Counted from the first letter of the stretch, positions 47,000-60,032 are shown. The stretch is 64,000 nt of DNA from Centroscyllium fabricii (GCA_051313645.2 JBNRSN020000003.1:84444001-84508000), one strand, 5' to 3'. The notes: generated by a model not told the origin, from the letters alone. Translations and numbers: made by a program.

Positions 47000-49900
47000 T
47001 CATTGGAACAGTGTAGAAGGCCAAGGACAGAGAGGTCAGAGTGAGAGTGGAGTGGAGAATTAAAGTGACAAGCGACCGGAAGCTCGGGGTCACCCTTAAG
47101 AACTGAACGGAGGTGTTCCACAAAGCGGTCACCCAATCTGCATTGGGTCTCGCCAATGTGGAGGAGACCGCATCGTGAGCAGTGAATACAGTATACTAAA
47201 TTGCAAGAAGTACAAGTAAATCGCTGTTTCACCTGGAAGGCGTGTTTGGGGCCGTGGACAGTGGGAAGGGCGGGCAGGTGTTGCATCTCCTGTGCTTACA
47301 TGGGAAGGTAGCATAGGGAGGGGAGGGGCTGTTGGAGGTGATAGAGGAGTGGACCAGGGTGTTGCATAGGGAGCGGTCCCTTCAGAATGCTGAAAGGGGA
47401 GGGGAGGGAAGATGTGTTTGGTGGTGGTATCACGCTGGAGGTAGATCCGTTGAATGTGGAGGCTGGTGGGGTGAAAGGTGAGGACAAGGGTGTGATAAAC
47501 CACTGTTTCTCACTGTTCTTATTGTATATACTTACCCCGCCTGTATCTATGTAATCGTACCTAATACCATGTTGTACATAAACCTGTTATACGATTACCG
47601 GGACATACCCAGGTTGGCTCCGCCCATGACTCCTCCCTCCCAGGAGGGGGTACATAAGTGGCCGTCTCCCATCCCCCGGCCATACCTGGGGACAGTCGAC
47701 TAGCTGGTGTATGTCCCACCATTTAGTTAATAAAAGCCGCATTGTTTCTCTTCCTAACTACTCGTCCACGAGGTCGTTATTTCGGTCACAATTTTATTAA
47801 CTAAATTTTGAAGATGGAAACCATGCTCAAGCCAGCAACGTTTGAACTGGACCCCCGGACACCAGGTGCATCAAACACTTTTACACACTGGTACAGTGTT
47901 TTCGATGCGTACCTGAGAGCGAACGCAGCGGTCGTCGTGACCGAAGAGGACAAACGACGGCTCCTCAACGCCCGGGTGGGCCCTCAAGTGTACTCCATGA
48001 TCGTGGACGCATCATCGTACTTGGATGCTATCAGGATCCTCAAGGTGGAGTACAACCGGGCACCCAATATCGTCCACGCAAGACATCTCCTAGCCACCAG
48101 GAAGCAGCAACCCGGTGAGTCCAGCGTGGAATTTTTAAGAGCGCTGAGAGTGCTTTCACGGGCCTGTGACTGCAGATCGCTAACGTTCCCGATCCATGCG
48201 GACAGTCTCATTAGAGACGCATATGTGACAGGCCTCAGGTCGGACTATATAAGACAGAGGCTGTTAGAACAGAACGGCCTTGACCTGCAGGCAACTACGG
48301 ATCTGGGACACGCGCTGGACGTGGTCTCGCTAAACCTCTCATCTTACTCCGGCAACTATACGGGCCCAGCCCCGCCATCTTGGACAACGCCGGCGCAACG
48401 GCCGGTGGAAGAAATGATCGCAGCCGCTCACGCGAAGACGGCTAAATGTTACTTCTGCGGGCAGTCTCAGCATCCGAGACGTAGCTGCCCGGCAAGAGAA
48501 GTGGCGTGCTCGAAATGTGGAAAAAATGGAAATTACGCCAAAGTCTGTAAGGCGACCACATCAGCCCCTAAACCGAAACCGGGCAGCGCCGCGTGTGGAA
48601 CATGGGAGCAGCCATATTGGACTCAACCATCCCCCACTCAGCACCCCGCATGGCAGCTCGGTGTTCTGCGGCATTAAGAACAACATCGCAAAAGCCACAA
48701 TGCACGTTGTGGACGAGTCCGTCCCATTTCAAATAGAAAGCGATGCATCGGACTTTGCCCTGGCCGCCACCCTTAACCAGGCGGGCAGACCCGTGGCCTT
48801 CTTCTCACGTACCCTCCAGGGCCCCGAGACCCGTCACTCCTCAGTCGAGAAGGAGGCCCAGGCCATCGTTGAAGCAGTGCGTCACTGGAAGCACTACCTG
48901 GCCGGCAAGCGTTTTACCCTGTTGACTGACCAACGATCAGTCGCCTTTATGTTCAACAACAAAGAGCGGGGTAAAATCAAGAACGACAAGATATTGAGGT
49001 GGAGAATTGAACTCTCCGCGTTTAATTACGATATCTTGTACCGGCCCGGGAAATTTAACGAACCCCCAGATGCCCTATCCCGCGGTACCTGTGCCAGTGC
49101 ACAGACAGACCGCCTCCAAACCCTGCACAATGACCTCTGCCACCCGGGGGTCACCAGGTTGGTTCACTTCGTGAAGTTCCGCAACCTCCCCTACTCCATC
49201 GAAGAGGTCAAGACTCTGACCAGCAACTGCCAGGTCTGCGCGGAGTGCAAGCCGCACTTCTACCGGCCAGACCGGGCGCATTTGATTAAGGCCACTCGCC
49301 CCTTTGAACGACTCAGCGTCGATTTCAAAGGCCCCCTTCCCTCCTCCAACAGGAATGTGTACTTCCTTAACGTGATCGATGAGTACTCCCGCTTCCCCTT
49401 TGCCATCCCCTGCCCGGACATGACCTCCGCCACTGTTATCAAAGCCCTCCACAGCATCTTCTCCCTGTTCGGCTATCCCAACTATATTCATAGTGACCGG
49501 GGAGCGTCCTTTATGAGTGACGAGCTGCGTCAGTTTCTGCTAGCCAAAGGCATCGCGACTAGCAGAACTACCAGCTACAACCCCCGGGGGAACGGGCAGG
49601 TAGAGAGGGAGAATGCCACTGTCTGGAAGGCCATCCTGTTAGCCCTACGGTCTAAAAGCCTCCCAGTCTCTCGATGGCAGGACGTCCTCCCTGAGGCGTT
49701 CCACTCTATCCGGTCCCTCCTGTGTACTGCCACTAATGCCACCCCTCACGAACGACTTTTTGCCTTCCCCAGGAAGTCGGCTTCCAGGACCTCGCCACCA
49801 TCGTTGCTGCTGTCCCCGGGACCGGTCCTACTACGGAAGCACGTGAGGGGCCACAAGGCAGATCCCCTGGTCGAACGGGTCCACCGCCTGCACGCCAATC

Positions 49901-51235
49901 CCCAGTACGCCTACGTGGCGTACCCCGACGGGAGGGAGGACACAGTGTCCATCAAGGACCTGGCACCAGCGGGAGTCCCCAAACCCAGCCCCGCCCAGCA
50001 GCCCGCGCACCCAAGATGCCCCGCCCAGCAGCCCGCGCACCCAAGATGCCCAGTCACGCCACCCCAGCCACCGGCGCCAAGGTACGCTCCCCGGCACGTG
50101 GACCCAGTACCCCAGTACGCCCACCCGGCACCTGCGAGCAGCACGGCAAGGCCTCCAGCATGGCTCCACAGTGCACGCCCTCTAGAGTCAGACGACGAGG
50201 GGGAGAGCGCGCCTCCTACTGTCGGTATAAGGGCACCACCACCACCCAGAAACCAACCGACGACCACAGCTCGCCAACCTGCATCAGCACCATCGCTACA
50301 ACCGACTCGGCCGGCCACTCCGCGACCGCGGACACCACCAGCGGTGCGACGCTCGACAAGGATCACCAGACCACCGGATCGACTTAATTTATAAATAAAA
50401 GAACTGTTGCTTTCACCCCGCCGGACTTTTGTTTTAAAGAAGGGGTGAATGTGATAAACCACTGTTTCTCACTGTTCTTATTGTATATACTTACCCCGCC
50501 TGTATCGATGTAATCGTACCTAATACCATGTTGTACGTAAACCTGTTATACGATTACCGGGACATACCCAGGTTGGCTCCGCCCACGACTCCTCCCTCCC
50601 AGGAGGGGGTACATAAGTGGCCGTCTCCCATCCCCCGGCCATACCTGGGGACAGTCGACTAGCTGGTGTATGTCCCACCATTTAGTTAATAAAAGCCGCA
50701 TTGTTTCTCTTCCTAACTACTCGTCCACGAGGTCGTTATTTCGGTCATTGGAACAGTGTAGAAGGCCAAGGACAGAGAGGTCAGAGTGAGAGTGGAGTGG
50801 AGAATTAAAGTGACAAGCGACCGGAAGCTCGGGGTCACCCTTAAGAACTGAACGGAGGTGTTCCACAAAGCAGTCACCCAATCTGCATTGGGGCTCGCCA
50901 ATGTAGAGGAGACCGCATCGTGAGCAGTGAATACAGTATACTAAATTGCAAGAAGTACAAGTAAATCGCTGTTTCACCTGGAAGGCGTGTTTGGGGCCGT
51001 GCACAGTGGGAAGTGCGGGCAGGTGTTGCATCTCCTGTGCTTACATGGGAAGGTAGCATAGGGAGGGGAGGGGCTGTTGGAGGTGATAGAGGAGTGGACC
51101 AGGGTGTTGCATAGGGAGCGGTCCCTTCAGAATGCTGAAAGGGGAGGGGAGGGAAGATGTGTTTGGTGGTGGTATCACGCTGGAGGTAGATCCGTTGAAT
51201 GTGGAGGCTGGTGGGGTGAAAGGTGAGGACAAGGG
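47000..51235. repeat. 491-bp direct duplication (47000-47490 = 50745-51235) flanking element C
   Basis: Direct comparison, ~5 mismatches. Confidence 0.92.
47491..50747 (+). mobile_element. Gypsy element C (family lacking a tRNA PBS); protease/RT deleted; 3' LTR lacks its last 2 nt
   Basis: LTRs 47491-47790 and 50450-50747 (3 mismatches); gag 47808-48677, RH+IN to 50394; PPT GAAGGGGTGAA. Confidence 0.93.
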
Positions 51236-53466
51236 GAACCTTATTGTGGTTCTGGGAGGGAGGGGAAGGGTTGAGAGCAGTAGTTTAGGAAATGGAGTGG
51301 ACACGGAGGGCCATGTCAACCACGGTAGAGGGGAATCCTCGGTTGCAGAAAAAGGAAGACATATCGGAAACACTAGTATGGAAGGTGGCATCGTCAGAGC
51401 AGATGCGGCGGAGATGGAGAAACTGGGAGAATGGAATAGAGTCCTTAAAGGAAGCGGGGTGGGAAGAAGTGTAGTCCAGGTAGCTGTGGGTGTCAGTGGG
51501 CTTATAATGGATGCTTGTTGATAACCTATCCCCAGAAATGGAGACAGAGAAGTCGAGGAAGGGAAGGGAAGAGTCGGAGATGGACCATGTGAAGGTGAGG
51601 GAAGGATGGAAATTGGAAGCAAAGTGAATGAAAATTTCTAGTTCAGTGTGAGAGCAGGAAACGGCACCAATATAATCATTACTGTACCGGAAAAAGAGTT
51701 GAGGGAGGGGACCCGAGTAGGACTGGAATAAAGAATATTCCACGATAAACCAGGCATAGCTAGGGCCCATGTGGGTTCCCATAGCAACACCTTTAATTTG
51801 GAGGAAGTGAGTGGAGTCGAAGGAGAAGTTGTTCAATGTGAGAACAAGTTCAGCCAGGCGGAGGAGGGTGGTGGTGGATGGGGATTGGTTGGACCTCTGT
51901 TCAAGGAAGAACCGGAGTGCCATCAGGCTATCCTGGTGGGGGATGGAGGTGTAGAGGGATTGGACATCCATAGTGAAAAGGAGACAGTTGGGGCCAGGAA
52001 ACTGGAAACTGTTAAAGTGGCAGAGGACGTTGGAAAAGTCGCAAATATAGGTGGGAAGGGACTAGACAAGGGGAGAAAAAATAGAGTCGAGATAGGAAGA
52101 AATCAGTTTAGTGGGCAAGAACAGGCTGAAATGATTGATCTACCAGGGCAGCCCTGTTTGTGGATCTTAGGAATGAGGTAGAAATGGCCTGTGAAAGGTT
52201 GAGGAACTATGAGGTTGAAAGCCATGGAGGGAAGATCTCCAGAGGTGATGAGGTCAGTGACAGTCTTGGAAACGATGACTTGATGTTTGCTAGTGGGGTC
52301 ATGGTCCAGGGTGATGTAGGAGGAGGTGTCAGAGAGTTGGTGTTCAGCCTCCGCATGGTAGAGGTCAGTTTGCCAAACAACAACACCATCCTTGTCAACA
52401 GGTTTAATGACAATGTTAGGGGTGGATCTGAGAGAACGGAGTGCTACAAGTTCAGAGGGAGGTAGGTTGGAGTGAGTGAGGGGAGCAGAGAAATTGAGAC
52501 GGCCGATGTCACGACAGCAGTTAGCAATGAAAATATCCAGAGAGGGTTAGAGGCCAGAGGGAGGGGTCAAGGTAGAACGAGAATTCTGAAAGTGGGAGAA
52601 AGGGTCTCGCTGTGTGGGTAGAAGACTCCTGGCCAAAGAAGTGTGCACAGAGACAAAGGTGATGGAAAAAGAGCTCGACATCACGACAAGCTCGAAAGTC
52701 ATTGAGTTGGAGTGCAAGGGGATGAAGCTCAGGCCTTTGCTGAGGACTGATTGTTCGGGGTCAGAGAGGGAAAGGTCAGAGGGTACAGTGAAAACACGGC
52801 AGGGAGTGAGACTGAAAGAAGGGAGGAGATGTAACAGATTTTAAGCAGGTGCAGAGGCAGGGAAAGTGGGTACCTTCCCATGGAAACGCAGGAGATGCAA
52901 CACCTGCCCTTATACCTCCTCCCTTCCCACTGTCCAGGGCCCCAAACACTCCTTCCAGGTGAAACAGCGATTTAATTGTACTTCTTGCAATTTAGTATAC
53001 TGTATTCACTGCTCACAATACGGTCTCCTCTACATTGGCGAGACCAAATGCAGATTGGGTGACTGCTTTGAGGAACACATCCATTCAGTCCGTAAGGGTG
53101 ACCCTGAGCTTCCGGTCACTTGTCACTTTAATTTACCACTCCACTCCCACTCTGACCTCTCTGCCCTTGGCCTCCTACACTGTTCTAATGAAGCGCAATG
53201 TAAACTCGAGGAACAGCACCTCGTCTTTCTATTAGGCACTTTACAGCCTTCTGGGCTCAACATTGAGTTCAACAATTTCAGACTATAACCCCAGACCCTA
53301 TTCTTTCAGGTGGCAGCTGTTGATGATTCTGCCATCCCCATTTGCAACAGTTTAACTACTCCTGCCTTCCACCCTATCACAGACTGTCCCTTTTGCTCTT
53401 TCCTCCCCTCCCCCCTTTCCCGGTCCCTGCACCTGCTTAAAATCTATTGCATCTCTAACTTTTTCC

Positions 53467-53503
53467 AGTTCTGATGAAGGGTCATCGACCTGAAACGTTA
53501 ACT
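53467..53503 (+). ncRNA. Minimal hammerhead ribozyme motif, intact core
   Basis: AGTT-CTGATGA-A-GGGTC(ATC)GACCT-GAAACGTT-AACT. Confidence 0.75.
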
Positions 53504-53699
53504 CTGTTTCTCTCTCTACGGATGCGGCCTGACCTGCTGAGTGTTTCCAGCATTTTCTGTTGATATTTCAGATTTCCAGCATCCGCAGTATTTTGCTATT
53601 GTATATTGGTGTACTGCTGTGCATTTGACATTTATACTGTTGAATGAAACCAGTCTAAAGACCCACTTGTATGTACCAAGAATCTAACACCAGTCATAA

Positions 53700-54107
53700 G
53701 GGCGGCACGGTGGCACAGTGGTTAGCACTGTTGTCTCACAGCACTAGAGACCCAGGTTCAAATCCAGCCTCGGGTACTATCTGTGTGGAGTTTGCACATT
53801 CTCCCCGTGTCTGCGTGGGTTTCCTCCGGGTGCTCCGGTTTCCTCCCACAGTCCAAAGATGTGCGGGTTAGGTTGATTGGCCATGATAAATTGACCCTTA
53901 GTGTTAGGGGGATGAATATGTGGGGTTACGGGGATAGGGTGGGATATGTGTCGATGCAGGCTCGATAGGGATCGAGGGATATGGGGACAAGGCAGGGATA
54001 GGGTGCTGGGTTTGGATGATCAGCCATGATCTCATTGAATGGCGGAGCAGGCTCGAAGGGCCGAATGGCCTACTTCTGCTCCTAGTTTCTATGTTTCTAT
54101 GTTTCTA
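53700..54107 (+). mobile_element. Full-length HE1-type V-SINE
   Basis: tRNA-like A/B boxes, V domain, (TTTCTATG)n tail. Confidence 0.92.
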
Positions 54108-54183
54108 TAATAACATAGCAATGCTTTATATGGAGGATAAGACCCTTGGTCCTTCTAGGATTTCTTGATAACCATGAATCTTT

Positions 54184-54319
54184 CCTTCATCACACTTCAC
54201 CTGACGAAGGAGCAGCGCTCCAAAAGCTTGTGATTCTAAATAAAGCTGTTGGACTATAACCTGGTGTTGTGTGACTTCTTACATTTGTCCACCCCAGTCC
54301 AACACCGGCATCGCCACAT
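54184..54319 (+). mobile_element. Short Penelope 3' tail with mutated hammerhead (GAAA>AAAA)
   Basis: TSD CATGAATCTTT (54173-83/54320-30). Confidence 0.8.
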
Positions 54320-55054
54320 CATGAATCTTTTCAGATGCTTGGAACTTATTTATTTCCTTTCTGAAAATCTGAGATAAAAAGCAAAACCGTAATTGTTTGA
54401 AATCTGATATAAAAACAGGAAGTGCTGAAAATACAGGTGAATGGAAAGGAAGATGCCTCCCGGAAATGTTTCAGGTGTAACTTCCATGTTGCCAGATCTC
54501 ACGAAATGTCACACCTTTCTCTTTCAGATGCCGATTGCTGTGTATTTTCAACATTTGTTATTGTTATTTATTAACTAAAAATTCTGACTTGAACTTACAT
54601 TTTGGGAATGTGTGCACAAACACAGAAATTATTTTGAGCTTCTAGAGTTTTTGGGCCCTGTTTTCCTGTGCTCCAGAGGAGCTACACACCTACGAAGGGG
54701 GTTCAGAAATGCCTCGTGGGTGTGCAGCACGGGTGATTCCCACGAACGGGAATTTCCTGTGCTGATGGGCAAGGCCCGTCAGCTCCCAACGCAGGAAGTC
54801 CTTGCACTGACGATTTCCTGTCAGAACGGGTGATTTTTGGAGAGTGATTCCGTGTGCAACTGGCTCACAAGCTGCCCATGAAAAAAAACAGTGTAAGAGG
54901 GAGAAGATTTAGTTTTTGAAGCAGGTAAGTTAATTTTTTAACTTTAATTTTAATTTTTTACAGTTTTTGGGAGTAGTGTGGCCAGATCGGTAGCGTTAAA
55001 TTTTTAAGTTAAAGTTTTTAAAAAAATTTAACAAATCCGATTTTAAGTTAATTT

Positions 55055-58000
55055 TGTGGCGGTACACCCACGGGGACATCGAATCCGCCACGGGGACTCC
55101 GCGGAGCAAAGCCCCGCTCATCCGGGTGACGCGACTACGTCATCACGTCGGCCGACGCGATGATGTCACCAACCGCGGGACCGTTTAAATATGCCTGTCT
55201 CGAGTGGTTCTGCCTCTTTCTTGTTCAGTAGTTGTTGATTAAAGCTGTGTTTTCTCTAAGCTCTGGCTCACGTGTGGTCACTAGGCCTGCCGACGCTACA
55301 GTGGTGACCCCGAACTGGAACGAATTCCAGTGAAGAAAAAGCTGCCACAGGATCTGGGACCACCAGCCAAAGACTTTTTAAAAGAAACATGGTCAACCCA
55401 AGAAATCAAGCTCCACGAACGCAAGGAGCTGGACAGAACGCCGGGCGTGGACTTACTTTACCCGAGTTCTGGGAGCAACGGCCAGTGGCCTGGTTTGTCT
55501 GCATAGAGGCCAGCTGCCGCACACATGGCATACAAGGGGACGACCGCTACGACTTGGTGTTCACAGCCCTTCCACAGACGACCATCGATAGGATGTGGTC
55601 AAAAATCCAGCGCATGCCCGCTGCAGGCAGGTATGAAACGCTTAAGGCCGCGCTGATTAAAAAATTCACCCCTCTCAATTTGAGCGCGACTGCCAGCTCC
55701 TCGACCTCCCCGAACTCGGGGACGCAGACCCATCGGACCTCTTAGGTCAGATGCAGGCGCTCACACCCAATCCTGCCTCCCTATTTCGCACCGTCTTCCT
55801 CCTCAAATTACCCCGCGCCATCAGACCGGCCTTGGCGGCCCTAGGCCATCGTAGCGATGACGAGCTCGGTGAGGAAGCCGACAGGCTGATGGAGGCGCAG
55901 CGCACCCGCTCCACCACGTGCGACCCTAACTCGGCATCGGTAGAGCGCAGCTATTCACCCCCCAGGCACAACTTTACGCCTGAACCTAGGGCCCCGCGCC
56001 CGCCCAGACAACCGCGTCCCTCTAGCACCGGCTGGTGCTACTACCACACGCGGTTCGACCACAAAGCGCACCGCTGCGTCCAGCCATGCGCGTTTAAGCC
56101 ACGGCCCAACTCAGCCCCCACCATGTCTGTAGGCCACACAGGAGCACTGCTCTTCGCCACAGACAGCGGTACAGGCCTCAGGTTCCTCTGCGACACAGGC
56201 GCGCAGCACAGCATCGTGCCAGCCTCCCCTGCAGAAACCAAATGAGGTACCCGGGGCCCGCCACTAGCGGCAGCCAACGGCTCTAATATAAAAACGTACG
56301 GCACCCGCAAGCTAACCATAACCCTTGCAAGCCACGCGTACACCTGGGATTTTGTAACGGCCCAGGTCACTTCTCCCCTCCTCGGGGCAGACTTCCTCTG
56401 CGCCTACGGCCTACTGGTCGATGTAACTCGGCGCCGCCTGGTGAATTTAAACACCATGACGACCATCCCATGCTCCACAGGGCCCGCACTCCTGGCCCAC
56501 GCGGCAGCCCAATGCCGCTCCATGGACCCCGATGCCTACGGCACGCTCCTGGCAGACTTCCCCGCCCTAACCAACCCCACGTTCACCGCCCGTAAGGCCA
56601 AACACGGGGTAGAGCATTTTATAACGACCACAGGTCCCCCCGTCCATGCCCACGCCCGTAGGCTCGACCCGGCCAAGCAGGAGATCGCGCTCACCGAGTT
56701 CCGCACCATGGAGCAACTCGGTATAATCCGCCGCTCCAACAGCCCCTGGGCCTCTCCGCTCCACATAGCCCCCAAGCCCGACGGAGGTTGGCGCCCCTGT
56801 GGCGACTACCGCCGCCTCAACAACGCCACAACCCCGGATACGTACCCCGTACCCCACATCCAGGACTTTTCTGCCAGATTAGCGGGTTGTACGATCTTTT
56901 CCAAGATCGACCTGGTGCGTGGCTACCACCAGGTGCCCGTACACCCGGCGGACATTCCTAAAACGGCCGTAATTACCCCCTTCGGGCTCTTCGAGTTCCT
57001 GAGGATGCCCTTCGGCCTTAAAAATGCGGCCCAGGCCTTCCAGCGCCTCATGGACTCAGTCCTCAGAGACTTGAAGTTCATATTCGTCTACTTAGACAAC
57101 ATCCTCGTGGCCAGCACCTCCCCCCAGGAACACCTCCTGCACCTCAGGACCCTGTTCCAGCGCCTTACCGAACACGGCCTTATCCTGAGCCCCACTAAAT
57201 GTAAATTCGGCCTCGAGACCATTGACTTCCTCGGCCACCGCATTTCGCCAACAGGGGCCATTCCCCTGCCCTCCAAGGTGCAGGCGGTACAGGAATTTCC
57301 TCACCCGCACACTATTAAAGGGCTGCAGGAATTTTTAGGGATGGTAAATTTTTACAATCGCTTCATCCCCGGAGCAGCCGCTCTCATGGCCCCATTATAT
57401 CAGGCCACCCGCGGGCAGTCCAACAAGGCTGCGGTCGTGTGGATGGCCAACGCCGCCACCGCCTTCACCGCAACTAAAACGGCCCTGGCAAACGCCACCC
57501 TCCTGGCCCACCCTAGGCCCAACGCCAGAGTAGCCCTAACCACCGACGCCTCCGACCACGCGGTCGGGGCCGTATTCGAACAGTGGACCAGCGACTCGTG
57601 GCAGCCCCTGGCCTTTTTCAGCCGACAACTCCGGCCCCCAGAGGTTAAATACAGCACTTTTGATAGGGAGCTACTCGCTCTCCATCTGGCGGTGCGACAT
57701 TTTCGTTTCCTCTTGGAGGGCCGCCACTTTACAGCCTTCAGCGACCACAAGCCACTCACGTTTGCGATGGCTAAGGTCGCTGAACCCTGGTCGGCCAGGC
57801 AGCAGCGCCAACTCGCGGCCGTGTCGGAATTTACAACCGACATTCAGCACATTTCCGGCCGCGACAACGTGGTCGCTGACTGCCTCTCACGCCCCACCAT
57901 TAACGCCGCCCAAATGGTGGTCGATTATGCCCAGCTGGCCGCTGACCAGCTGGCCGACCCTGACCTATTTAACGCAGCAACTAATCTTCCCGGCCTACAC

Positions 58001-59502
58001 TTGGCCAATATCGCGCACGGCCCCGCTGCCACCGTCGTCTGCTGCGACGTTTCATTACCGCAACCCAGGCCCGTCGTGCCCCACGCTTGGAGGCAACATA
58101 TCTTTAGAACCCTCCAGGACCTGTCCCACCCCGGCGCCCGCGCGTCCATTAAGCTAATATCGGCCCGTTTCGTATGGCGCGGCCTGCGCAAAGACGTCCG
58201 CGCCTGGGCCAGCTCCTGCATAGCCTGCCAGCGCTCCAAAGTGCATAAGCACATCAGGGCACCAGTGGAAAATTTTAAGGTACCGGCCAGGCGTTTTGAC
58301 CATGTCCATATTGACCTCGTCGGGCCACTACCGCCATCTCGCGGCCACACACACCTATTGACCATGGTCGACCGCAACACTCGCTGGCCTGAAGCAGTCC
58401 CCCTCACCGCCACCGGCACCACGGACTTGGCCAGGGCGTTTATCGCCACCTGGGTCGCCCGATTCGGCGTGCCCACAGACATCACCTCCGACAGAGGACC
58501 CCAGTTTACGTCGGCTTTATGGGCGGCCATCGCCCGCGACCTCGGGGTGACACTACACAGAACCACCGCATACCACCCACAGGCGAACGGCCTATGCGAA
58601 CGGTTCCACCGCTCGATGAAGGCATCACTACGGGCCACACTGAAAGATGCATCATGGACCGACCGCCTTCCATGGGTCCTCCTCGGGCTGCGCTCGACAG
58701 TCAAAGAAGACCTTAATGCCTCAGCAGCGGAGCTCGTCTACGGCCAAGCTTTAACGGTGCTGGGTGAGTTCCTGGCTGAGCCCAACGCTCCCTGGTCAGC
58801 CGACCAGTATTTAAAGGACTTTGCAAACCCGGCACGAGCTTTCCAGCCACTACCAGTGGCCCGGCACGGAGAGCCGGCAGCTCGGGTGCCGGAGGACATT
58901 AAAAATGCTAAATTTGTGTTCGTCCGGCGCGATGGACACCGATCTCCACTACAGCCACCTTATGATGGCCCCTACAGAGTGCTTCGGGCGGGAGCTAAAA
59001 CTTTTGATTTACAATTGGGTAACAGGACTGAAACTGTAACAATAGACCGGCTCAAGCCGGCACATGTGATAGCGGGCGAGACCACGGTCCCCGCACAACC
59101 ACCTCAACGCGGTCGCCCTCCCGCAACAAAACCCGCCCACACTCCACCGCAGAACCAGAGACTACTAGCAACACGGTCCGGCCGCATCATCCGGCCACCC
59201 CAACGGCACACATAGACACTGTCACTATTCCTCCCGGACGGATTCTGGGGGGAGCTGTTTGGCGGTACACCCACGGGGACATCGAATCCGCCACGGGGAC
59301 TCCGCGGAGCAAAGCCCCGCTCATCCGGGTGACGCGACTACGTCATCACGTCGGCCGACGCGATGACGTCACCAACCGCGGGACCGTTTAAATATGCCTG
59401 TCTCGAGTGGTTCTGCCTCTTTCTTGTTCAGTAGTTGTTGATTAAAGCTGTGTTTTCTCTAAGCTCTGGCTCACGTGTGGTCACTAGGCCTGCCGCGCTA
59501 CA
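55055..59502 (+). mobile_element. Gypsy CsRn1-clade element, full length
   Basis: LTRs 55055-55300 and 59258-59502; TSD ATTT; PBS TGGTGACCCCGA. Confidence 0.95.
55389..59215 (+). pseudogene. gag-pol: gag-pol with one frameshift and a premature TGA (56243)
   Basis: ORFs 55389-55745, 55751-56245 and 56441-59215; RT YLDN versus YIDD in the sister copy. Confidence 0.92.
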
Positions 59503-60029
59503 ATTTACCTGTTTCAAATCGCTAATTTTTAAAGTTAAATTTCTGAAATTTTTAACTCTCTAGCTAATTAAAAAAATTAAAAAGTCTAAGAGGAAAAAAT
59601 GGCTGACTTACCTTCTGTTTCTTCCTCTGAGAGTCTGTTGTGCAGCTCCGCACTTCCCTGCTCTCACAAAGGTCCGACTCGGGATCTGTTCATTTAAATT
59701 AGGGATCTGGGGGGCGTTTTTTATTTAAATTTGGGATCTGTGGGGGCGTGGCTGGTCACGCACCAACAAAAGCCAGACCCCTACGCAGCACCCGAAGACG
59801 GTTTTTTTTACAGGAAATTAACGTCAAATTTTTTTTTTAAATTACGTGCGCCGCGGGTGCACGGGAGCGCGCACCCGTGGCAAACGGACCACAGGAAAAC
59901 AGGGCCCAATAAAATCTATCTCCAGTCCTTGATATGCGCTAGAACATCACATAGACCTCATCCTCGTTTTAAATTAAGTAAATTTATTAAATAGTAAACA
60001 AGCAAATGTGTAACAATATAATATACACA

Positions 60030-60032
<3 letters not shown>

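Larger units (their letters stand above)
46634..53601. mobile_element. Head-to-head Penelope structure: minus copy (RT + GIY-YIG, 46634-~52820) plus plus-strand 3' copy (52871-53601)
   Basis: RT MDVQSLYTSIPH..GVAMG (51285-51971); GIY-YIG 46903-47286 and 52866-53288; flanking direct repeat TATATTGGTGTACTG (46619-33/53602-16). Confidence 0.85.
54653..59907. mobile_element. Harbinger-like MITE split by a CsRn1 element
   Basis: 18-bp TIR GGGCCCTGTTTTCCTGTG / CACAGGAAAACAGGGCCC. Confidence 0.75.

Noticed and set aside
53700-53780. tRNA gene
   Set aside because: tRNA-derived head of an HE1 SINE, continuous with the V domain and LINE tail (also at 2510-2585 and ~63900-63969).
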